10,567 nt of DNA from an uncultured Flavobacteriales bacterium. Lineage in GTDB: Bacteria > Bacteroidota > Bacteroidia > Flavobacteriales_E > Vicingaceae. The stretch lies in assembly GCA_937925525.1 (NCBI GenBank), contig CALALS010000009.1, forward strand, positions 1 to 10,567, written 5' to 3'. The position numbers and the translations under genes were made by a program. Positions 1 through 7,785 of the stretch are shown piece after piece (positions within the stretch are counted from its first letter, which is position 1; the number at the start of each line of letters is the position of its first letter). Below the pieces are notes generated by a model. That model was not told where the DNA came from, did no database searches, and saw only the letters and a program-made list of their open reading frames with translations.

Positions 1-177
1 TATACTTTTTCAGATCGCATAGAATCTAAATACCTATTTTCTAGGTCTTCATTGCCATTGGCGAATGCTTTTGCATCGCTTTCAACACCTGAAGCTACAA
101 ACGTAAATGATAACTGATAAATACAGGCTAACGCTAGTAGAATGGTGAAAAGCCAAATAGCTCCTTTGTTTTGCATT
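1..177 (-). CDS. secDF: Partial CDS (first ~59 codons; the gene continues beyond the window start): N-terminus of a SecDF-like protein-export membrane protein
   Basis: The reverse-complement translation from the ATG at 177..175 is MQNKGAIWLFTILLALACIYQLSFTFVASGVESDAKAFANGNEDLENRYLDSMRSEKV..., with no stop before the window edge. It has one N-terminal hydrophobic TM segment followed by a polar periplasmic-type region. The start 'MQNKG...YQLSFT' matches my recollection of Bacteroidota SecDF N-termini. It is absent from the ORF track because it runs off the edge. Confidence 0.5.
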
Positions 178-202
178 ATTGTAGGTTTAAAATTAAAGGC
201 TG

Positions 203-234
203 CAAATATAGAAGTATAAAATATATTTCCCAAA
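203..234 (-). promoter_or_regulatory. Putative Bacteroidota sigma-A promoter for the secDF-like gene: -33 TTTG at 234..231 and -7 TAtaTTTG at 210..203, both on the minus strand
   Basis: On the minus strand, TATATTTG matches the Bacteroidota -7 consensus TAnnTTTG. A TTTG lies about 20 nt upstream of it. The -7 element ends about 25 nt upstream of the ATG at 177. This is a motif match only. Confidence 0.3.
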
Positions 235-305
235 GCTTTTTTTTATAGGTATTAAGAGCCTAATTTTCTCCTTAATTTCTTTCAAAAAACTCCATTATTA
301 TTTAG

Positions 306-313
306 TAACTTTG
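306..313 (+). promoter_or_regulatory. Possible -7 element (TAACTTTG) for paralog 1, implying a very short or leaderless transcript
   Basis: TAACTTTG matches TAnnTTTG 6 nt before the ATG at 319. I found no convincing -33 TTTG at the expected spacing, so this is weak. Confidence 0.2.
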
Positions 314-318
314 AACCT

Positions 319-2568
319 ATGTTTAAAAAAATAGGCTTTGCCTTCATAGCGCTTAGTTTTTCAACCCTCTCTAACGCACAATTTTTAGTTCACTCTAATT
401 CCATTGAAGTATTAGATTCTATTGGAAACAAACTGAACCATGCATGGGTTGGTGGTTTAAATTCTGTTCAGTTCTCTGAAATTGATTTAGATCTTGATGG
501 AAAAAAAGACTTGTTTACATTTGACAGAAGTGGTAATAAAATAAGAACTTTTAGAAATAACGGAGCCCAAAATACCGTAGATTATGTTTATGCGCCCGAG
601 TTTCATAATAGTTTTCCAAAAATGCACGATTGGGTTCTCTTAAGAGATTATGATTGTGACGGAAAAGAAGATATTTTCACTTATTCAAACGGTGGCTTTT
701 CTGTATACAAAAACACCTCAACGCCAGGAAATTTATCATTTGTAAAAATTAGTGACCTTGTTTTTTCTGACTATTCAAAAAACTCTACTCCGCCTCAAAT
801 GGCAAACCTATATGTTAGTTCAACTGACATTCCAGCTATAGATGATATTGATGGAGACGGAGACCTGGATGTAATAACTTTTTCCATTTTTGGTAGTTAT
901 GTGGAATACCACAAAAACATGAGTAAAGAACTTTATGGAATTTGCGATAGCTTAACGTTTAAACTAAAAAACAATTGTTGGGGTTTTTTTAGTGAAAATT
1001 TTTCTAATAACTCGGTAACATTGTCAGACACTTGCCCATCTAACGTAGTAAATCCTGAAAAAATAATAATGGGTGGTAATAAACATGCCGGCTCTACCCT
1101 TCTTACCCTTGATTTGAACAATGATGGTTTAAGAGATTTGGTTTTAGGAGATGTTAGCTTCAAAAATATGACCGCATTAATTAACGGTGGAAGTATTAAC
1201 AATGCTTACATGACCTCACAGGATAGTGCTTTTCCTAAGAACAACACCAACACCCTACCCGTAGATTTACAACTTTTTCCCGCTGGCTTCTATCTGGACA
1301 TTAATAATGACGGAAAAAAAGATTTAATAGTGAGCCCGGGTACTCCAAACGGTAGTGAAAACACCAAATCTTGTTGGTTATATACAAACAGCAATATCAC
1401 CAGCCAACCTAACTTTAATTTTTCAAGAAACAACTTCCTACAAGGCGAAATGATGGAGCATGGAGAAGGAAGTTACCCGGTTTTCTTTGACCACAACGGA
1501 GATGGACTAATGGATTTACTAGTAGGTAATTTTGTTTATTATGTTGATAATGCTTTTCCAAAATCGGCTATAGCACTTTACGAAAACATTGGCACAGCTT
1601 CACAGCCTAAGTTTCAATTAAAAACAAGAGATTATGCAGGAATAGCCAAAATTAGCCTTAACACTTTTAGCAATATGCCTACCTATGGAGTTTGTCCAAC
1701 TTTTGGTGATGTTGACGGAGACGGAGACCAGGATATGATTGTGGGTGATTACAACGGTAAAGTTCATTTGTTTACCAATACAGCAGGAGCCGGAAATACA
1801 GCCAACTTTGTTTTATCCCAAGCAGATTATCAGGGAATTGATGTTGGAAATTATGCAAAACCTCAACTGTTTGATATTTCAGGTGATAGTTTGCTAGATT
1901 TAGTAATTGGTAACCAAGCCGGAAAAATTGAATATTATAAAAATATTGGTACTAAAACCTCTCCTAGTTTTTCTCTACAAACTCAAAACTTGGGAAATGT
2001 AAATGTTACTAAAGTTGGAAATGTAAACGGGTATAGCCGCCCGTTCTTTTTCAAAAATGGAAGCCAAACAGAACTACTTTGCGGCTCATTGTCAGGTCAA
2101 ATTTTTCACTTTAATAATATTGATTCTTCAAGCTCTTCAACTTATAACATTATTGACACTAGTTTTTATGGAATTAATGAAGGAGCCAGAACAAGTATTG
2201 TAGGTGCTGATCTCAATAATGATGGTTTAACCGACTACGTTTTAGGAAATTACTCCGGAGGAAATAGTCTTTACATGGGGAGTAACGTTACTGATATTAA
2301 AGAAAGCTATTTTACTGATTTGAATTTAGAATTAACCATCTACCCCAATCCTACCAATGACAAGGTAACTATTTTATTCGCTAACCCCTATTTAACCAAG
2401 TTTGACATAAAGCTATTCGACCTTCAAGGAAAAGAGGTTTATTCAGAAAAACATAATTCAAACAATATTCAAATAGATGTAAGCAACTTGACTAAGGGTG
2501 TGTACGTCTTAAAAATAAACTCACTTGAAACCCCTGCATCATCCTATGATAAAATCATTAAATATTAA
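319..2568 (+). CDS. Secreted FG-GAP/VCBS-like repeat protein (beta-propeller-type, calcium-binding motifs) with a T9SS type A C-terminal sorting domain; paralog 1 of 3
   Basis: 749-aa ORF with signal peptide MFKKIGFAFIALSFSTLSNA|Q. It carries about 9-10 FG-GAP-like blades with DxDxDG-type loops, for example IDLDLDGKKDLFTF, DYDCDGKEDIFTY, IDDIDGDGDLDVITF, FGDVDGDGDQDMIVGD, ADLNNDGLTDYVLGN. The C-terminal ~78 aa (nt 2332..2565) are LTIYPNPTNDKVTILF...KGVYVLKIN, which is typical of a T9SS type A sorting domain (Por_Secre_tail). Confidence 0.88.
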   Translation: MFKKIGFAFIALSFSTLSNAQFLVHSNSIEVLDSIGNKLNHAWVGGLNSVQFSEIDLDLDGKKDLFTFDRSGNKIRTFRNNGAQNTVDYVYAPEFHNSFPKMHDWVLLRDYDCDGKEDIFTYSNGGFSVYKNTSTPGNLSFVKISDLVFSDYSKNSTPPQMANLYVSSTDIPAIDDIDGDGDLDVITFSIFGSYVEYHKNMSKELYGICDSLTFKLKNNCWGFFSENFSNNSVTLSDTCPSNVVNPEKIIMGGNKHAGSTLLTLDLNNDGLRDLVLGDVSFKNMTALINGGSINNAYMTSQDSAFPKNNTNTLPVDLQLFPAGFYLDINNDGKKDLIVSPGTPNGSENTKSCWLYTNSNITSQPNFNFSRNNFLQGEMMEHGEGSYPVFFDHNGDGLMDLLVGNFVYYVDNAFPKSAIALYENIGTASQPKFQLKTRDYAGIAKISLNTFSNMPTYGVCPTFGDVDGDGDQDMIVGDYNGKVHLFTNTAGAGNTANFVLSQADYQGIDVGNYAKPQLFDISGDSLLDLVIGNQAGKIEYYKNIGTKTSPSFSLQTQNLGNVNVTKVGNVNGYSRPFFFKNGSQTELLCGSLSGQIFHFNNIDSSSSSTYNIIDTSFYGINEGARTSIVGADLNNDGLTDYVLGNYSGGNSLYMGSNVTDIKESYFTDLNLELTIYPNPTNDKVTILFANPYLTKFDIKLFDLQGKEVYSEKHNSNNIQIDVSNLTKGVYVLKINSLETPASSYDKIIKY
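2332..2565 (+). other. T9SS type A C-terminal sorting domain of paralog 1
   Basis: The YPNPxxxxxxI...G(K/V)Y motifs are conserved at the C-terminus: LTIYPNPTNDKVTILFANPY...LFDLQGKEVYSEKH...LTKGVYVLKINS. Confidence 0.7.
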
Positions 2569-4846
2569 GTACCAACTTCTATTTGTTTCTTTTTTCATTA
2601 CGGCTTCCTTAAGCGCTCAAACTATTTTTAAAAGAGTTGACAGTATTAAAGTTGAAACTGCTACAAATGGTGTGTTTTATAAAAATGCTTGGGCAGGAGG
2701 GCTAAATTCTATTCAATTTTCTGAAATAGACCTTGATGGAGACGGTAAAAAAGATTTGTTTGCATTTGACAGAACAGGAAACAAAATCAAAACATTTTTA
2801 AACAAAGGTACTCCGGGTACAACCAATTATGTTCATGCCCCTCAATACGAAGACAAATTTCCACCTATTGATTCTTGGGTTTTACTGAGAGATTATAACT
2901 GTGACGGTAAAAATGACATCTTTACTTATTACCCTGGAGGAGTGAGTTTATATAAAAACATTAGCACTCCCGGTAATTTGGCCTTTGTTCAGGTCACTAA
3001 ATTAATACAGCATTACAATCCAACCGTAACTGTTCCCTACTCACAGATTTATTGCACTTCTATTGATCAGCCTGCAATAGATGATATTGATAACGATGGT
3101 GATCTAGATATTATAAACTTTGGGCAATTTGGAAGTTTTGTAGAGTATTACAAAAACTATTCAATGGAAACCTATGGGATTTGTGACAGCATTAATAAAT
3201 ATGAAATGAAAAATAAGTGTTGGGGGTGGTTTTATGAGGGAGGGGTTAGTTTTAATATGACGCTAAATATGCCAAAAGGAAATTGCTGGAATAATGTACC
3301 AAACCCTGAAAGAACTGCTAACGGAGGAAATAAAAACCTTAAACATGCCGGCTCAACACTACTTACACTTGATGTAAACGGAGATAGCGTTAAAGAATTA
3401 GTAGTTGGCGATGTATCTTACAATTACATGACCATACTGCATAATGGAGGAAGAGTGGACAGTGCTCACATGACCTCAGACGACACCCTATTTCCAAAAA
3501 ACCAAGGAAATACTGTTCCGCTTGGCTTAGACATTTTTCCTGGTGCCTATTACTTAGATATTAATAACGATAATAAAAAAGATTTACTCTTCTCTCCATT
3601 TTATATTACCCAAATTGCCGGTCAAACTTATGTGCAGAATTATGAAAGCGTATGGAATTATACCAATAGCGGTACAAATAATTTACCTAGCTTTACTTTT
3701 CAAAGTAAAAACTTTCTTCAAAAAGATATGATAGATTTAGGCGAAGGAGCCTATCCTGTATTTTTTGATTATGATAGTGATGGCAAAAAAGATTTAGTAG
3801 TAAGTAATTTTGGTTATTATGACTCTTCCGGCTATTATAAATCACAGTTAGCACTATATAAAAACACTGGATCTGCCACAGCTCCTCAGTATAAATTAAT
3901 TACAAAAGACTATCACGGGCTATCCAGCCATATTTTAAATACAGACTCCATGACCCGAACACAAGCCATTTACCCAACCTTTGGCGATGTTGATGGTGAT
4001 GGTGATAAAGATATGATTGTAGGTGAATTAACTGGCCGTTTGCACCTTTACACCAACACACCATTTATGGGAATAGCTTCCTTTACTTTAACCAAAACTT
4101 TTGTTGACTCTATAGATGTTGGCGATTTTTCTACCCCACAACTAATAGATTTAGACAGGGATGGTAAAATAGATTTAGTAGTGGGTGATATTTGGGGTAG
4201 ATTAAAGTATTATAGAAATATTGGAACCACTACCGTTCCGAAATGGAGTAAAGTTGCAGATACGCTTGGTGGGGTGAATATGTCTAAACCACCATATTTT
4301 TATTTAGGATATAGTGTACCGCATATATTTGATAATGGAGGAAGCTATGAAATGCTTGTTGGTTCTTCTTCTGGAGATGTTCACCATTATGATAACATTG
4401 ACGGAAATTTAGCCGGTAACTTCAATTTAAAAACCATAAATAAAATGGGCTTTTATGAAGGTATTAGAACTGCTCCTGCAGTTTACGACATTGACAGTAA
4501 TGCCCTTTGGGATTTTGTAGTGGGGAATTATGCCGGTGGTATAAATTTATACATGCAGGATATTTTAACCACATCTGATTTAACAGACGCATCCAACACA
4601 AAATTTGATGTTATTGTTTACCCTAACCCTGCAAATAATTCGATTAACATCATGCTTAATCAAAAGACTATTAGTAGCTACGACATTGATGTATTCGATA
4701 TCAATGGAAAATTGTTATACCAATCACAAAACCAATACGGCAATGTAGAAATTGACATCAGTACCTTTCCTAAAGGTATGTATATTATAAAAGTAAATTC
4801 ACCTCAAACATCATTTAGTAAACATGAAAAATTTATTAAACAATAG
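2546..4846 (+). CDS. Secreted FG-GAP/VCBS-like repeat protein with a T9SS type A C-terminal sorting domain; paralog 2 of 3. The start is called at the ATG at 2546; the ORF track's 2525 is a TTG.
   Basis: The ORF track gives 2525..4846, but the codon at 2525 is TTG. The first ATG (2546) gives a signal peptide MIKSLNIKYQLLFVSFFITASLSA|Q. It also reproduces the junction geometry of paralog 3, a 23-nt overlap with the upstream stop. The repeats include IDLDGDGKKDLFAFD, DYNCDGKNDIFTY, IDDIDNDGDLDIINF, FGDVDGDGDKDMIVGE, IDLDRDGKIDLVVGD. The CTD (4607..4843) is DVIVYPNPANNSINIML...KGMYIIKVNS. Confidence 0.88.
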   Translation: MIKSLNIKYQLLFVSFFITASLSAQTIFKRVDSIKVETATNGVFYKNAWAGGLNSIQFSEIDLDGDGKKDLFAFDRTGNKIKTFLNKGTPGTTNYVHAPQYEDKFPPIDSWVLLRDYNCDGKNDIFTYYPGGVSLYKNISTPGNLAFVQVTKLIQHYNPTVTVPYSQIYCTSIDQPAIDDIDNDGDLDIINFGQFGSFVEYYKNYSMETYGICDSINKYEMKNKCWGWFYEGGVSFNMTLNMPKGNCWNNVPNPERTANGGNKNLKHAGSTLLTLDVNGDSVKELVVGDVSYNYMTILHNGGRVDSAHMTSDDTLFPKNQGNTVPLGLDIFPGAYYLDINNDNKKDLLFSPFYITQIAGQTYVQNYESVWNYTNSGTNNLPSFTFQSKNFLQKDMIDLGEGAYPVFFDYDSDGKKDLVVSNFGYYDSSGYYKSQLALYKNTGSATAPQYKLITKDYHGLSSHILNTDSMTRTQAIYPTFGDVDGDGDKDMIVGELTGRLHLYTNTPFMGIASFTLTKTFVDSIDVGDFSTPQLIDLDRDGKIDLVVGDIWGRLKYYRNIGTTTVPKWSKVADTLGGVNMSKPPYFYLGYSVPHIFDNGGSYEMLVGSSSGDVHHYDNIDGNLAGNFNLKTINKMGFYEGIRTAPAVYDIDSNALWDFVVGNYAGGINLYMQDILTTSDLTDASNTKFDVIVYPNPANNSINIMLNQKTISSYDIDVFDINGKLLYQSQNQYGNVEIDISTFPKGMYIIKVNSPQTSFSKHEKFIKQ
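4607..4843 (+). other. T9SS type A C-terminal sorting domain of paralog 2
   Basis: VYPNPANNSINIML...VFDINGKLLYQS...FPKGMYIIKVNS. Confidence 0.7.
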
Positions 4847-7118
4847 CATTTTAGTCATTCTGTTAATTACTATTGTTTCTGTTACTGAAGCGCAAACCGT
4901 TTTTAATAGAGTTGACTCTGTTAAGGTAGAAACTGCCATAACCGGCATATTTTATAAAAACCCATGGGCAGGTGGTTTAAACTCTTGCCAACTATCTGAC
5001 GTTGATTTAGACGGAGACGGTAAAAAAGACCTTTTTGTTTTTGAAGCATCGGGTAATAAAATCAGAACTTTTTTAAACAAAGGAACTGCAGGAACAACTA
5101 ACTACGTACATGCACCTCAATACGAAACTCAATTTCCTCCGGTATATGGTTGGGTATTGTTTAGAGATTATAATTGTGATGGGAAAAATGATATGTTCAC
5201 ATACTACCCAACTGGCTCTGGTATTAGCTTATATAAAAATGTTAGTACACCCGGAAATTTAGCTTTTGTACAAGTAACTAAATCATTACGCTCTTACAAC
5301 CCTGCTACAATGGTAACCTCTAATATTTATGCTTCGGTGAGTGACCTACCAGCAATTGATGATATTGATAATGACGGAGATTTAGACATTTTAACTTTTG
5401 GCTTTGTAAGTAATTATGTTGAGTATTATAAGTGTTTTTCAAAAGAAAGTTATGGTATTTGTGATAGCACCAACTTTCAGCTTAAAAATAAATGCTGGGG
5501 ATGGTTTTATGAAAGTGCTAACAGCTTTAACATGAATTTAAACATTCCTAAAAATAGCTGTAGCGGAAATGTACCAAACCCTGAAAGAACATCTAATGGC
5601 GGTAATGAAAAAGGCGGCAACAAACACGCTGGCTCAACCCTTTTAACACTTGATTTGAATGGCGATACCGTTAAAGAATTAATTGTAGGAGACGTTGACT
5701 CTAAGTATGTTGTGGCATTGATTAATGGAGGTAAAAGAGATAGTGCGCATATCGTTTCGGAAGACACGCTTTTCCCGAAAAACCATGTTTCTACCAGTAA
5801 ACTGAATTTACCTGTTTTTCCCGCAGGATATAGTATTGATGTAAATAATGACAACAAAAAAGACTTATTGTTTGCTCCTTTTATTTTAACCGCCACTTCA
5901 GCAAAAATTTATGCCGAAAATGCCAACAGTATATGGCATTATAGAAACAACGGTACCAATAATCTACCCAACTATGTTTTACAAAGTAAAAACTTCTTGC
6001 AAGGAAACATGATTGAAGTGGGCGAAGGAGCCTATCCGGTTTTCTTTGACCATAATGGTGATGGTTTAGAAGATTTAATTGTAAGTAACTTTGGTTATTA
6101 TGACTCTACAGGTTATTACAGGTCTTCATTGGCGCTTTATCAAAACACCGGAACAGCTAACAATCCTAAGTTTAAGCTAATTACAACCGACTACATGGGA
6201 TTATCTACACATATACTAAATATAGATTCTATGAAACGTACTCAATCTTTGTACGCTACGTTTGGTGATGTAGATGGTGATGGAGATAAAGACATGATTG
6301 TTGGAGAACTAACCGGTAAAATTCATTTGTACACCAATACTCCTACTATGGGAGTAGCTAATTTTAGCTTAACTAAAACCTATGTAGATTCTATTGATGT
6401 GGGCGATTATTCTGCGCCTCAATTAATTGATTTAGACCGTGACGGAAAAATAGATATTGTAATTGGAAATAGATGGGGAACTTTGGCTTTTCATAAAAAC
6501 ATTGGAACCACTTTAGTACCCAAATGGAAATTGGTAAAAGACACTTTAGGTGGAATTCAAATGAAAAACCCTCCAAGTTATTTCTTAGGATTTGCTGTGC
6601 CATGCTTTTTTGACAATGGAGGACAGTATGAATTATTGGTTGGAGGAATGGAAGGAAACGTAAGGCATTACGACAACATTGATGGAAACGTTTATGGGGG
6701 TTATAGCCTAAAATCTAATAACGTAATGGGATTTTATGAAGGAATGAAAACTGCTCCTGCCGTTAATGATATTGATAATGATGGGCTGTGGGATTTTGTG
6801 GTAGGAAATTATGCAGGTGGTGTAAGCCTTTACAAACAAGATTTAATTACCAATGCTGTTTGGGAGAAAGAAGTAAACGGACGAAATGATTTTGCTATTT
6901 ATCCAAACCCTACCGATAATAACTTTACCATTTCATTAAACTATTACCCAACAACAGAAGTAGTGGAAGTTTACAACTCTTTAGGAATGTTGGTAGAAAA
7001 AAAACTCATCATGCAAAAGCAAACAGAAATAAATACTGCAGGCTGGGAAAGAGGAGTATATATCATTTCTATTTCGGGTAACGGAAAAAGTAAGTTTAAG
7101 AAACTGGTAAAAATGTAA
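4824..7118 (+). CDS. Secreted FG-GAP/VCBS-like repeat protein with a T9SS type A C-terminal sorting domain; paralog 3 of 3
   Basis: 764-aa ORF with signal peptide MKNLLNNSILVILLITIVSVTEA|Q. By eye it is about three-quarters identical to paralog 2 over the N-terminal ~130 aa and clearly more diverged from paralog 1. The repeats include VDLDGDGKKDLFVFE, DYNCDGKNDMFTY, IDDIDNDGDLDILTF, FGDVDGDGDKDMIVGE, IDLDRDGKIDIVIGN, NDIDNDGLWDFVVGN. The CTD (6888..7115) is DFAIYPNPTDNNFTISL...RGVYIISISG. Confidence 0.88.
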   Translation: MKNLLNNSILVILLITIVSVTEAQTVFNRVDSVKVETAITGIFYKNPWAGGLNSCQLSDVDLDGDGKKDLFVFEASGNKIRTFLNKGTAGTTNYVHAPQYETQFPPVYGWVLFRDYNCDGKNDMFTYYPTGSGISLYKNVSTPGNLAFVQVTKSLRSYNPATMVTSNIYASVSDLPAIDDIDNDGDLDILTFGFVSNYVEYYKCFSKESYGICDSTNFQLKNKCWGWFYESANSFNMNLNIPKNSCSGNVPNPERTSNGGNEKGGNKHAGSTLLTLDLNGDTVKELIVGDVDSKYVVALINGGKRDSAHIVSEDTLFPKNHVSTSKLNLPVFPAGYSIDVNNDNKKDLLFAPFILTATSAKIYAENANSIWHYRNNGTNNLPNYVLQSKNFLQGNMIEVGEGAYPVFFDHNGDGLEDLIVSNFGYYDSTGYYRSSLALYQNTGTANNPKFKLITTDYMGLSTHILNIDSMKRTQSLYATFGDVDGDGDKDMIVGELTGKIHLYTNTPTMGVANFSLTKTYVDSIDVGDYSAPQLIDLDRDGKIDIVIGNRWGTLAFHKNIGTTLVPKWKLVKDTLGGIQMKNPPSYFLGFAVPCFFDNGGQYELLVGGMEGNVRHYDNIDGNVYGGYSLKSNNVMGFYEGMKTAPAVNDIDNDGLWDFVVGNYAGGVSLYKQDLITNAVWEKEVNGRNDFAIYPNPTDNNFTISLNYYPTTEVVEVYNSLGMLVEKKLIMQKQTEINTAGWERGVYIISISGNGKSKFKKLVKM
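6888..7115 (+). other. T9SS type A C-terminal sorting domain of paralog 3
   Basis: IYPNPTDNNFTISLNYYP...VYNSLGMLVEKK...WERGVYIISISGNG. Confidence 0.65.
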
Positions 7119-7195
7119 TTTTTTTCTTTTTATCGTTGGTAGAATACTCTTTATAGTGTTTTTCTTACTATATTTATTTCCTTAAACTACCAACT

Positions 7196-7783
7196 ATGAT
7201 TCTTCTTGACTTTTCTTCCTGGTGGGCAGAAAAAACTACTTTCGAACAGGTGTACTGGTTAATCGCCATTCCTTCATCATTAGCTTTACTAGTAACACTT
7301 ATTATGACATTTGTAGGCGGTGACTTTGAAGATGGCGGAGTAGATGAAGATATAGCGGGAGATGACGGTGCGGGCTTTCAATTTTTTACCTTAAAAAACT
7401 TAATCGGATTTTTTACCCTTTTTGCATGGTCAGGTTTGGCATGTATAAAAGGCAATATGTCTGTTCCCGTTACCATTATTATTTCTTCCGTGTGTGGCTT
7501 GATTATGATGACACTTATGGCAAGTATCTTTTTCTTCATGTCTAAACTTACTGATGACGGCACACTTAAAATGGCAAATGCCGTAAATAGAATAGGAAAA
7601 ATATATTTACCGGTAATGGCAAACAGAGGCAACATCGGGAAAATTCAAATTAACATTCAAGACAGTGTTAGAACACTTCAAGCCATGACAGATGATGAGG
7701 AAGACCTACCGTTTGGAGCAGTAGTTACCGTTATAGAAGTTATCAATGGAAATATTTTATTAGTTACAAAAGTTAAAAAATAA
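7196..7783 (+). CDS. NfeD-like / YqiJ-like inner-membrane protein (OB-fold C-terminal domain), the usual partner encoded upstream of a flotillin/SPFH gene
   Basis: 195 aa. Hydrophobic helices lie at ~18-40, ~68-85 and ~93-116, separated by an acidic loop (GGDFEDGGVDEDIAGDDGAG). The C-terminal ~70 aa (IGKIYLPVMANRGNIGKIQI...GAVVTVIEVINGNILLVTKV) has the beta-rich pattern of the NfeD C-terminal OB-fold. The stop codon ends 2 nt before the flotillin start (7783/7786), which is the classic NfeD-flotillin operon arrangement. Confidence 0.75.
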   Translation: MILLDFSSWWAEKTTFEQVYWLIAIPSSLALLVTLIMTFVGGDFEDGGVDEDIAGDDGAGFQFFTLKNLIGFFTLFAWSGLACIKGNMSVPVTIIISSVCGLIMMTLMASIFFFMSKLTDDGTLKMANAVNRIGKIYLPVMANRGNIGKIQINIQDSVRTLQAMTDDEEDLPFGAVVTVIEVINGNILLVTKVKK

Positions 7784-7785
7784 GT

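Noticed and set aside
270-318. Weak resemblance of the sequence upstream of paralog 1 (TTCAAAAAACTCCATTATT) to the 3'-coding ends of the paralogs (TTAAAAATAAACTCACTTGA), suggesting a degraded upstream copy
   Set aside because: The match is short and in AT-rich sequence. No FG-GAP-like coding remnant is detectable in 178..318, and the secDF-like gene starts right next to it.
933-1202. 89-aa minus-strand ORF inside paralog 1. The same applies to the antisense ORFs at 5507..5896, 6391..6603, 7378..7635, 8257..8478, 8742..9062 and 10153..10350.
   Set aside because: Each lies entirely within, and antisense to, a long well-supported coding region with clear domain content. The products are low-complexity with no motifs. 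These are typical spurious shadow ORFs.
7104-7140. AAA ATG TAA at the end of paralog 3 followed by a T-run, as a vestige of a fourth overlapping copy or an intrinsic terminator
   Set aside because: Here the ATG is in-frame and immediately followed by the stop, unlike the 23-nt out-of-frame overlaps at the real junctions. No downstream paralog-like coding follows, because the NfeD gene starts at 7196. The T-run has no preceding GC-rich hairpin, so a terminator call is unsupported.
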